In this document: positions 44,757 through 54,377 of the stretch, piece by piece
Layout of the letters: every line of letters starts with the position of its first letter
Numbering within the stretch: the first letter of the stretch is position 1
DNA from: an uncultured delta proteobacterium
Lineage (GTDB): Bacteria > Desulfobacterota > Binatia > Bin18
Length of the DNA stretch: 64,000 bases
NCBI GenBank assembly: GCA_963733195.1
Contig: CAVTCR010000022.1
Span: 1-64,000, forward strand
Reading direction: 5' to 3'
Made by a program: the position numbers and the translations under genes
The notes under the pieces: generated by a model
What the model was told of the DNA's origin: nothing
Databases searched by the model: none
Seen by the model: the letters and a program-made list of their open reading frames with translations, nothing else

Positions 44757-45000
44757 GAGGGAGGGAAGGGGAAGAGGAGTCTATGAGTCTGGGAGTCTGA
44801 GAGTCAAAAGGCAAAAATTAAAAGGCAAAAGTAAGAAAGGGGAAGAAGCGAAAGGGGGAAACGAGGAAAAGGGAATCGAAGAAAAGGGAATCGAAGGGCA
44901 GTTCAGAGTCCAGAGTCTAAGGGGATAAGGATTCTACCCCCGAGACTCCAGACTACAAGACATTCGACTCTAGACTTTGGACCTTGAACCTTAAACTTCT
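44757..45000. repeat. Mixed 7/8-mer tandem-repeat intergenic tract with inverted arms
   Basis: gagtctat/gagtctgg/gagtctga and caaaagg runs; (gaaaagggaatcgaa)x2; complementary agactcc/gactcta/gactttg arm. Confidence 0.7.
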
Positions 45001-45002
45001 TC

Positions 45003-45800
45003 CTACGCCGCGACCTGCTTAATAAACTGCGCTAACTCTTGGTTAAATGCAGCCGGACTTTCGAGTTGATAAAAATGGCCGACATCCTTTATCACACGAA
45101 GTTGGGCTCCGGGGATGTTATCGGCGAGGAACTTATTTGCTACGACGGGCGTGGCTTGATCTTCTTCACCAGCGAGGATTAACGTGGGCTTGCGAATGTT
45201 TTTGAGTTGATCGCTGATGTTCCAATTGAACACCCCGCTCGGATCGGAGATGGACGCGAAGAAAGTATGCCGCGGAAAGTTGTCTTCAACAGCGAAGCTT
45301 GCTCTCATCAGGTCCAGTAATTCTGGTTTCTCGCGTTTGCTTTTGGCTGAAAAGGCGCTTTCGAGCAACCCATCCATCGTGCCGACCGCGTCGTTTTGAA
45401 ACGCAGTCTTTGCTTCAGGAGGCATGCCAGCGCCGAGGTTGGTTCCGCTGCTGACGATAACATTGGCTAGTACCCGATTGGGGTTATCGAGGTTGGTTTG
45501 CATGGTCAACATGCCACCAATCGAGTTGCCGACGAGAATCGCCTTGTCGATTTTGAGTTCATCCATCACTGCGACCACATCTGCGGCCATTTCCTTGATG
45601 GCATAGCCTTGCTGTGGTTTGTCCGAGCGCCCGTGACCACGTTCGTCGATCACGACGCACTTATGATTCTGCGCAAAGGTGAAGTTCTGAAAGTACCAGA
45701 TGTATCCGTTGGTCGAGAACGGATGGAGAAAGACAATGGGCGTCCCTTTTCCATAGGTTTCATAATAAATGTTGACTCCACCACGTTTAGCGTATGACAT
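45003..45800 (-). CDS. Alpha/beta hydrolase (enol-lactone hydrolase-like)
   Basis: DERGHGRS, GNSIGG nucleophile, GEEDQATP and GHFYQLE. Confidence 0.9.
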   Translation of the reverse strand: MSYAKRGGVNIYYETYGKGTPIVFLHPFSTNGYIWYFQNFTFAQNHKCVVIDERGHGRSDKPQQGYAIKEMAADVVAVMDELKIDKAILVGNSIGGMLTMQTNLDNPNRVLANVIVSSGTNLGAGMPPEAKTAFQNDAVGTMDGLLESAFSAKSKREKPELLDLMRASFAVEDNFPRHTFFASISDPSGVFNWNISDQLKNIRKPTLILAGEEDQATPVVANKFLADNIPGAQLRVIKDVGHFYQLESPAAFNQELAQFIKQVAA

Positions 45801-45969
45801 AGACACCTCCTTCTTGGACCGAAATTGTTTGTCGTTCTCCGTCTATCACAGCTTACGCACCAAGGCCAAGCGGGAAGTTCAGGGGGTCGCGCGCACAGCG
45901 CGCGCGACGCGAAGTGTACCAAGGTTCTGTGGTCCGAATAGGCGAAGCTCTTTTCCACATGGCACCACA

Positions 45970-46038
45970 AAGGTAACATCGACATCCCGCGCCGTCTGTG
46001 AGATTCCTGCTGAAAATGTTGGAATCGTACGACATTCG
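45970..46038 (-). promoter_or_regulatory. Conserved operator/promoter module, copy 1 (upstream of hydrolase)
   Basis: Minus strand: cgaatgtcgtacgattccaacattttcagcaggaatctcacagac-N18-TACCTT. Confidence 0.75.
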
Positions 46039-46079
46039 GGGAAAGAAAGAGGAAAAACATCCCCACATCACGCCTAGCG

Positions 46080-46190
46080 TTTGCGACTCGATCAGTCGTG
46101 TTGAATTGCACAAACTGCGGATGGTGAAATCTGGCCTCATGACCGACCTGCTCACGGGCCGTGTGCGCGTGCCGGAGGGGGGTTGTCTGA
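46080..46190 (+). pseudogene. hsdS: 3' remnant of type I R-M specificity subunit
   Basis: ELHKLRMVKSGLMTDLLTGRVRV matches the typical HsdS C-terminal helix (KxGLMQDLLTGxVRV). Confidence 0.7.
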
Positions 46191-46336
46191 ACTTACACGC
46201 TATCTTTGTGCCAAGGTTGGCGCCCAAGTATAGCGACAGAATCGCGACATGTATTGCGACATTTTAGGTGTCTCGAGATATTGGTAGAGATGATTTCTAC
46301 CTTGCTCGACCTTTTCTCTACGACTATTCTGCTCCC

Positions 46337-46606
46337 ATGATTACGACAGTTACCCAGAATAACATGGTCACCATACCAGCCGAGGTAGCGCGGAAGTTCA
46401 GCATCAAACCAGGCTATAAGCTCGACTGGCAGCTGGTGGAGGGAAAAGACGAAATTGTGGTCAAGGTTATTCCTAACCGTGGCGAGCTGGCGCGTCGGCT
46501 ATGTGGAATGGGCTCCGAGTTGGCGCCGGGTCGCGACCTCGTCTCCGAGTTAGATGAAGAACGCGAGCGCGAAGACCTTGAACGCATGAAAGCACTGGAA
46601 GGATGA
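46337..46606 (+). CDS. AbrB/MazE/SpoVT-family antitoxin
   Basis: TTVTQNNMVTIPAEVARKFSIKPG; ATGA overlap with the PIN fragment. Confidence 0.82.
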   Translation: MITTVTQNNMVTIPAEVARKFSIKPGYKLDWQLVEGKDEIVVKVIPNRGELARRLCGMGSELAPGRDLVSELDEEREREDLERMKALEG

Positions 46607-46794
46607 TCTTTCTCCTGGATACGTCAGCGCTATTGGTGCTCTATCGCAAAGAGCTGTTCCCTACGCTCTACAACGAGAACGAAGGCGTCGAGCGGCTCTT
46701 TCACACGAATCAGCTTCTCATCGCCAGCAATTTTTTTGAGGCGGGCGCAGCCCGCCCTACGGTGAAATTCCATTGCCACGCGCAGGCATCGTAG
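46603..46794 (+). pseudogene. Truncated PIN/VapC toxin
   Basis: MIFLLDTSALL is a PIN strand 1; similarity is lost after ~17 aa and the frame runs into REP sequence. Confidence 0.65.
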
Positions 46795-46924
46795 GGCAGG
46801 CTGTACCTGCCGGTCTCAGTTCTTTTCCAGAGCGCTTAGCGCACTGCGCTATGGGCGACTCAGAATGACATAACCGAGTGGTCACATTATAAAGTGTACG
46901 AATGTACTGATGTCTGGTTTAGAA

Positions 46925-47779
46925 TCAGTTCTCCCTTGGGTTCTGCAGATAACGGAGCAACTCTGAGTCTGGTGACAACACCAAAGTAGTGCCAGTGCTC
47001 AGCACTTTCTCATACGTCTGCAACCGCCGTGTAAAAGCGTAAAACTCTGGGTCTTGACCAAAAGCCTGAGCATAGATGGTCGTCGCGTTGGCATCACCCT
47101 CACCGCTGAGTTTTTGGCTCGTTTCATAGGCGGTGGCCAAAATGACCTCTCGCTCTCTATCTGCGCCGGCGCGGATCTCTTGAGCGCGCTCCTCACCTTC
47201 AGCCCGGTAGCGTTTGGCGATGCGTTCCCGCTCCGCCCGCATGCGGGCAAACACGCTGGCTTGAACTTCTTTCGGCAGATCCAGCCCCTTAATGCGCACG
47301 TCTAGCACTTCGATGCCGAAGGATTTGGCCGTTTCCTTGGTATCCTTGGTTACGACCTGCATGATTTCCTCGCGTTTTTCGCGGACGAAATCCAGGAAGT
47401 TATGTTTGGCGGTTTCCTGCCGCAAACGCGCCGAGATGAGATCGTCTAATCGCGCCATCGCCCGATCCTGGTCGCGTACGCTGCGATAAAACTCCAGGGG
47501 ATCTTGGATACGCCAGCGCGAGACGTGATCAACGAGCACCCGTTTCTTATCAAGCGTCAGGTATTCCGCCGTCTGCGCATCCGTCGTAAGCACGCGCTTA
47601 TCAAAGCGCACGAGGTTCTGAATGACCGGCAGCTTAAAATAGAGCCCTGGCTCCTGCAGGATGCGCTGGGGGTTACCAAACTGAACGATCATGCCTTGCT
47701 CCCGCTCGCCGATGGTAAAGGCGGCCTGGACGAGTGCAAAAGCGATAACAAGCCCGAGGCCGATAAGGAGTCTCGCCAT
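46925..47779 (-). CDS. hflC: FtsH modulator HflC
   Basis: PGLYFKLP, LTLDKK..LVD, MRAERERIA..YRAEG and DPEFYAF.R.L. Confidence 0.93.
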   Translation of the reverse strand: MARLLIGLGLVIAFALVQAAFTIGEREQGMIVQFGNPQRILQEPGLYFKLPVIQNLVRFDKRVLTTDAQTAEYLTLDKKRVLVDHVSRWRIQDPLEFYRSVRDQDRAMARLDDLISARLRQETAKHNFLDFVREKREEIMQVVTKDTKETAKSFGIEVLDVRIKGLDLPKEVQASVFARMRAERERIAKRYRAEGEERAQEIRAGADREREVILATAYETSQKLSGEGDANATTIYAQAFGQDPEFYAFTRRLQTYEKVLSTGTTLVLSPDSELLRYLQNPREN

Positions 47780-47784
47780 GATAG

Positions 47785-48865
47785 TTACCTCTTATCTATG
47801 TTAGTGATTGGTGTTTTCTCTGCCACCGCGAGAGTCGGCGAAGCGACCAACTCCTTGAGGGGAAGCAGTGGCAGTACTCCCCCGCGCTCGCCGCTATTAA
47901 GAATGAACTTTTCCATCGTTGGCATGATGCGCTCCACGCTCTCCAGGTAGAGACGGTCCCGGGTGATGGCTTTCGCTTTGTCGTATTCAGCCAAGATCTT
48001 GAGAAAGCGCTCTGCATCTCCCTGCGCGCGGATCACGCGCTGCGCTTTGTAGCCTTCGGCTTGCTGTACCATCTGTGCAGCCTCACCCCGCGCATTGGGC
48101 ACGACACCTTCCCGGTAGCCATCTGCCTCCTTCACCAAGCGGTCGCGGTCTTCCAAGGCGCGGACAACGTCATGAAACGCATCCCGTACCTCACTGGGAG
48201 GATCAACAACGAGGAGTCGGGCTTCGGAGACCAGCAAGCCGGTCTGATAGGCATCCAGGAGTTCTTGAAGGGCGCTCTTGGCCTGCTCCTGCACTTCCAC
48301 TCGACCGTCGGTCATGGTGTAGTCGATGGTGTTGCGTCCCACCGCGCTGCGCAACGCGACCTCCGCCGAAGTATGAAGAATCCCCTCAGGATCGTTCGCT
48401 CCGAAGAGAAACTTTATGGGGTCTTGGATGCGATACTGGACAAAGAATTGCAGCTCGACGATGTTTTCATCACCGGTGAGCATTAACGCTTCCTGCGGAA
48501 CCGTGCGGGCGTTTCCTCTGGCGTCGCGACTCTGGGTCTCCGCTGCGACAGTGCGAAATCCCACTTCAGCGCGGCGCACCTGAGCAATGTCAACAATCTC
48601 ATGACTCTGGACAGGCCAAGGCAGGTGGTAGCGTAACCCCGGCTCGGTCTGCTCTGTCGCTTTACGGAACAGGAGCACGACACCGCGCTCCCCTGGGCCA
48701 ACCACATACAGGCCTGAACCCAGCCAGAGCAGCAGGATAAGGGTCGCGATGACCCAGAGCCCTTTCCCACTAGTAAATCGTTCTACCGATCCCTTCAGCT
48801 CCTCTACCCTCTGAAATCAGTTCGTCGGCCAGAGGAACATCTCCATCACTCTGTCGTCTATCCAT
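47785..48865 (-). CDS. hflK: FtsH modulator HflK (frameshift in the 5' region)
   Basis: PGLRYHLPWP, MLTGDENIV, PPSEVRDAF.DV, ARGEA and RLYLE; RBS aggag plus ATG 48865. Confidence 0.9.
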
Positions 48866-48924
48866 AGCTTCTCTCCTTTGCGATGCGTGTGAGTGTCAAG
48901 CAAGATCCACATCTGTTGTTCAGG

Positions 48925-49030
48925 ATCTTCCCTGTTCCTCCTTTTCCACCTGTGGCCGGTGGCAGGCCACAGGTGGGAACCTAAAAGCCCCCTTTAGCAA
49001 AGGGGGCCGCGCGCAGCGCGGGGGGAATTT
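48925..49030. repeat. ~105-bp palindromic element, near-identical copy at 57894-58000
   Basis: ccctg.cctccttttccacctgtggccggtggcaggcc...gccccctt..gcaaagggggccgcgcgcagcgcgggggga at both loci. Confidence 0.85.
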
Positions 49031-49045
49031 GCGCGTTGCAGCCTC

Positions 49046-49150
49046 CCCGACGCTCAGGCGTCGGGCTCACAGTACGAAGCCTGGTAAGCCAGGCTCTGAG
49101 GGGACTTCAGTCCCCTTCGTTGCTCGAGCCCGGTGCTTCAGCGCCGGGCG
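49046..49150. repeat. Four-hairpin REP-like element; inverted copy at 63279-63384
   Basis: cccgacgc-tcag-gcgtcggg, gcctgg-taag-ccaggc, ggggac-ttca-gtcccc and gcccggtgc-ttca-gcgccgggc. Confidence 0.8.
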
Positions 49151-49199
49151 GCGACTGTGTTTCGATTTAGGCGAACCTCTTTTCCACATGGGCACTACA

Positions 49200-49268
49200 A
49201 AGGTAACGCCGATATTCCGCGCCGTCTGTGAAATTCCTGCTGAAAATGTTGAAATCGTACGACATTCG
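49200..49268 (-). promoter_or_regulatory. Conserved operator/promoter module, copy 2 (upstream of hflK)
   Basis: Minus strand: cgaatgtcgtacgatttcaacattttcagcaggaatttcacagac-N18-TACCTT. Confidence 0.75.
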
Positions 49269-49551
49269 TACGGGGGGAAGAAAAGGCGCTTCCACACGCC
49301 TTGTCTTTTTCTTAGCGGCTGTCTTAAAAGTGAGTAAGGGCGGTTATTGCGAGAAGCCCCTTCGACTTCGTTACGCGGAGTTTATCCTGAGCCTAAATCG
49401 AACCACACAACATTCGTACACTCTATAATGTGACCACTTGGTTGTGTCATTCTTCGCTCCGCTGCTCAGAAACAAATGGATACGATGGCGAGCGCAGCCC
49501 GCTCTACGGTGCTGCCTGCGCGGGCATGACGTGGTAGTGCCGCGTTTTCCG

Positions 49552-52500
49552 TCATTCTCGCGGAAGCGGGAATCCAGGTGTTCGGGGTGGAGGAGGTTTA
49601 GGGATGAGTTCTACTCCCCCCCCTCCGATATCACTAATAGTGAAATAAAAGATCGATCCCTCCCCGGGCTGCGACTCCACCCAGATGCGTCCGCCGTGGC
49701 GCTCGACGATCTTCTTGCAGATCGCCAGGCCGATGCCCGTGCCCGGGTACTCGCTGCGGGTGTGCAGGCGCTGGAACACCTGGAAGACCGCTCGGCGTGT
49801 GGGGGTCGATGCCGATGCCGTTGTCGCGCACGGCAAACCGCCAGTGATGGCTGTCCCGCTGGGCGGAGACATGAATCCGCGGCAGGGCCGGGCCGCGAAA
49901 CTTGAGCGCGTTGCCGATGAGATTCTGCAATACTTGCCCTAAACGGGTGGCGTCGCCGGGCACGGTGGGCAACGGATCATGCGTAATCTCAGCCTTGGCG
50001 TCGCCAATGGCCATCTGGAGATCGCTCAAGACACGGGCGAGCAGGGCCTCGCCGTCTACAGGTGAATCTCCGCGGTCCACCCATCCGCGGTATAGGCCAA
50101 CAGGTCGGAGATCATTTCCTGCATCCGCTTTGCGCCGTCTGTGACAAAGGCCATGTACTCGTCGGCCTCGGTATCTAGTTTCCCTTGGTAGCGGCGGGTG
50201 AGGAGTGTGATGAAGCTGCTCATCGTGCGCAGGGGCTCGTTCAAATCATGGGAGACGATGTGGGCGAACTGCTGCAGCTCGTCGTTGACACGCTGCAGCT
50301 CGGCGGCTTGGCGCGACAGGGCGTCTCGGGTCTGCTTGCGCTCAGTGATGTCGCGGGCGATCTTCGACGCGCCGATGATCATGCCGTGCGCGTCCCTGAG
50401 CGGCGAAACGGTGAGGGACACGTCCAGCAAACGCCCATCCTTGGTCCGGCGCACGGTCTCGAAGTGGTCCATATGTTCGCCCCGCCGCAGGCGCTCCAGA
50501 ATCAGGCGCTCTTCGTCGTGCCGATCCTCCGGCAGGAGGAGAAGAATCGACTGCCCGATCATCTCCTCCGCCTGGTAGCCGAAGATGCGCTCTGCGGCGG
50601 CATTCCAGCTGGTCACTACGCCGTCCAAAGATTTGCTGACAATAGCGTCATCTGAAGATTCGACGATCGCCGCCAGCCGCAGACTGGCCTCTTCCGCCTG
50701 CTTGCGGGCGTGGATGTCTGTGGTCGTGCGATACGACGTGCGTGCATCCGCCCCGCGGCGTCGCGCAACGCGCGCGCGGGTCAGGTGCCAGCGAAGCTCC
50801 CGTCGTCGGCTCGCCGCAAGCGCGATTCGCGCTCGAAGGACGGCCTGATGCGTATCGCCTCCAGCCAGCGGGCGCGGTCTTCCGGTAAGCCCTCGGATGC
50901 GACACGGTCTCCCAGCCCCGCCGCCCGCCGAGTGTTCCGCGGTCATGCCGGTGTACGTCGACCAGCGTTGAAAATAACAATCGAAAATACCCGTCGGGCT
51001 TCTACCCTCGATACCAAAGCTGGCGATCGCCTCGGCCAACGCGCGGTAGCGTTGCTTCGCTTCCGCGAGGGCTTCCTCTGCCTGCTTGCGCTCGGTGATG
51101 TCCTCAATGGCGAGCAGGATCAGCTCCGTCGGACCGCTGACGACTTGGCGGGCATTGAGCCGCATCGTCCTCCGTCCGATCGTGGGGAAGTCGTGCGTCA
51201 CTTCAAAGTCCTCGAAGCTCTTGTTCTGCGGCAGCACCTCCGTCAGCACCCGGCGCAGCTCGGGAATGTTCCACTGGCCGTCACTCAGCTCATAGAGCAG
51301 GCGGCCTTCCGTCTCAGCGGGCGTACTGTGGAACGCCTCGTAGAAAGACCGGTTCGCTGAGCGCACGCGCAGGTCGGTAGTAAGGACGAGCAGGGATTCG
51401 TGGACGGTCTCGACGATGCTCTCGGCGTAGACTTGGGCATTGTGGGCGGCTTCCTCGGCCTGCTTCAGGTCGGTTACATCGATAAACGCAATGACCACGC
51501 CGTCAATGAGATTCTCTACCGTGCGGTAGGGCAGGATACGCATGAGGTAGCGGGTGTCGGCGTCCATCATGCGCAGGTATCGTTCCTGCGTGGCGAGCGT
51601 GCTCAGCACGTCCTGGGCCTCGCTGACCAGGTCGGCGCCGACGAAGCGTGGCGCAAAGTCGGCGATGGGCCGGCCGATATCGCCGGGGTGAGCCGCATGA
51701 GGGTGCGGGTGGCCGGCGTAAAGCTCCTGATGCGCAGCTCGGCGTCCAGAAAGAGGGTCGCGATCTGGGTGCTGTTCAGCAGGTTCTGCAGGTCGCTGTT
51801 GACGCGGTTGAGGTCCTCCATCTTTCGTCTGAGTTCGGTGTTCACCGTCTCCAGTTCTTCGTTGAGCGACTGCAATTCCTCCTTTGACGTTTCCAGCTCC
51901 TCGTTGGTGGACTGGAACTCCTCATTGGCGGACTGGAGCTCCTCATTGGAGGTTTCCAGTTCTTCGATGGTGCTGTGTAAGCGCTCCTCGGTGGCCCGGA
52001 GTCTCGCCTTCCAGGCGCCGAATATGTTCGTCTTCTGGGCCGGATGCGGCGGCTTTCACCTCGGTGTGTGCAGTGCTCCCGGCGGGGCTCACGTCCTGGA
52101 AGATGACCAGGTACAGGGTGGCGTCGTCATCGGGCTTGATGGTCAGCGGCTGGACGACCAGGGTGATGGGCTGCACGCTGCCGTTGGTCTTGACAGAGAC
52201 CTGCTCGTCTACGACCCGCTGGCGACGCGTCACTGCCTGATGAAGGGCGGTGCGCAGCGGCAGCCGCAGGCCGTCCCGCGCCATGTTGAGGACGTTGACG
52301 TTGGGTGTTCCGGGGGGCGGTTCGAGGTAGCGACCTGTGCGGCCGGAGAAGTGGACGGCATCGCCCTGGGCGGTGATCACGACCCCGGCGGGCGCGTAGT
52401 GCTCCAAGATGGTCCGCTGGGCGAGAGTGCCAATATCCTGCGCCGCGGCGGGGGTGTTCCCCAGTCCCTCCAGTCGCCGCGCCAGGAGCTGGCGCCCATC

Positions 52501-54022
52501 TGTCAACGGGAACTCGACCTGCGGGCGGGGGACCACCTCCTTCCGCTGGAAGATCCGGTGCTTCTGGTCGAGGGTACGAAAGAGGTCGTCACGACCGCTG
52601 AGGGTCTCGGACGGCCCGAGGAAGAGATAGCCGCCGGGCCGCACGGCGTAATGGAACAGCGGCAGCAGCTTCTGCTGCAGGGCCGGCCCCAGGTAAATCA
52701 GCACATTGCGGCAGGAGAGAAGGTCCAGGCGCGAGAACGGCGGGTCCTTGATGAAGCTATGGGCCGAGAAGATGCACATTTCGCGCAGCTCTTTCTTGAC
52801 CTGGTAGGTGTTGTCCTGCTTGACGAAGAAGCGCTCCAGGCGCTCGGGGGTCACGTATTCGGCGATGCCCACCGGGTAGCAGCCGCGGCGCGCCGCCCCC
52901 AAAGCGTGCTCATCAATGTCAGTGGCGAACACCTGGACGCGCGGCGCGCTGTCGAGCCGCTCCATGTGCTCGCGCAGGAGGATGGCGAGCGAGTAGGCCT
53001 CTTCCCCGGTCGCGCAGCCGGCCACGCACACGCGTACCTGGTCGTCGGCCCCCTTGTTGGCAAACATCTTGGGGATGACCTCCCGTGGCCAGCATCGCGA
53101 AGGCCTCGGGGTCGCGGAAGAAGTGCGTCACCCCGATCAGCAAATCCTTGAACAGAAACTCGAGCTCGGTGGGATCCTGCCGCAGCCGGGCGACGTAGGC
53201 GTCCACGGCGTCGATCTGCAGCGCCTGCATGCGTCGCTGCAGGCGGCGGAGGATCGTGCTCTCCTTATACTGGCTAAAGTCATGGCCGGTCTGGCGCCGG
53301 AGTAACGTATGGATCGCGGACAGGGAATTGCCCACCTCCATGCGGAAGCCATCGACCCTCCATTCTCGCGCAACGCGGTCAGATGCGTGGCGTACTCCAC
53401 GAGTTTGGCTGGCATCTCCGCGACCGGGAGGACATGGTCTACCAGGCCCGTGGCGATGGCGCTGCGCAGGATGCTGTCATACTGAGCGGAGTCTGTGGTC
53501 TGGGCCATGGTCATCCCGCTGTATTCCTTGACAGACTGGAGGCCGAGGGTGCCGTCGGTGCCGGTGCCGGAGAGGATGATGCAGACCGCGTTCCCGTCCT
53601 GGTCGGCGGCCAGCGAGCGGAAGAAATGGTCGATGGGCGTGCGGTGGCCGCGGGGCTCAACGGGTGGGGACTCCACGTGCAGGACGCCGCCCTCGATGGT
53701 CAGAGTGGCATCGGGCGGGATCACGTAGACGTGGTCGGGCTCGACCGGCGTCTCCGCCGTGACCTGCTGCACGGGCATGCGGGTGTACTTCGCCAGCAGT
53801 TCGGGCAGGAGGCTCGCGTGGTCGGGGGCGAGGTGCTGGACGAGCACGAAGGCCATGCCGCTATCAGGCGGCATGTGGCGTGAAGAATTGCTCGAACGCC
53901 TCCAGGCCGCCTGCGGACGCGCCCATGCCGACAACAAGACAGCCTGGCCGCGGCGCGGCCTGCTCCTGTGACTCACCGATCCGTTCAGCAGTCGAGGATA
54001 ATTCGTGGTCCTTCTGGTCCAT
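49552..54022 (-). pseudogene. CheB-CheR-PAS-histidine kinase fusion (many frameshifts)
   Basis: CheB (VQHLAP, PIDHFFRSLA, ILSGTGTDG); CheR (IGVTHFFRD, GCATGEEAYS, LSCRNVLIY); coiled coil ELQSLNEELETVN; PAS domains (ESSDDAI); HisKA SHDLNEPL; HATPase ([27 protein letters not shown]). Confidence 0.88.
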
Positions 54023-54052
54023 GCTTTTTCCTCTTGCGAAAATAGTGTATTA

Positions 54053-54175
54053 ACCAATGGTGCTAGTTGAAACCCCTAAGTGCTTGATTTTCTTAGGGTA
54101 CGCTTTTCTGAGATCGGACTTCAAGGCTTTTAACATCTTGATCTGGCGTTGTTTTTATGAACTAGCACCAAAGGT
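54053..54175. mobile_element. 123-bp MITE with 16-bp TIRs and 5-bp TSD
   Basis: ACCAATGGTGCTAGTT...AACTAGCACCAAAGGT (14/16), flanked by TATTA at 54048-54052 and 54176-54180. Confidence 0.75.
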
Positions 54176-54377
54176 TATTACGCCTGCTAGCGGTTCCGCA
54201 GGGCTCACTGCGTATCCAGACGAACGGGGCATTTTTATCACACTGTCCAGTACCAGAATAGTAAGTGCGTTGTGAGATTCTTCTAGTAGATGACCACGGA
54301 AATTTTGATAGGCAAAGATTGCTTCGTCGCTTTCAGCTCCTCGCAATGACAGGAACTTACGGTTTGCAGACACACCT

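Noticed and set aside
44757-45000. CRISPR-like array
   Set aside because: Degenerate 7-15-bp units with no unique spacers.
45769-46267. Short ORFs overlapping the repeated motif (also at 49029-49428, 56889 and 60005)
   Set aside because: Similar peptides arise only from the shared DNA motif; frames and lengths are not conserved between copies.
51400-53151. 583-aa plus-strand ORF
   Set aside because: Antisense shadow of the GC-rich cheR region with no recognisable motifs.
49552-54022. Chemotaxis operon
   Set aside because: A standalone CheB-CheR-kinase fusion with no cheA, cheW, cheY or MCP genes.
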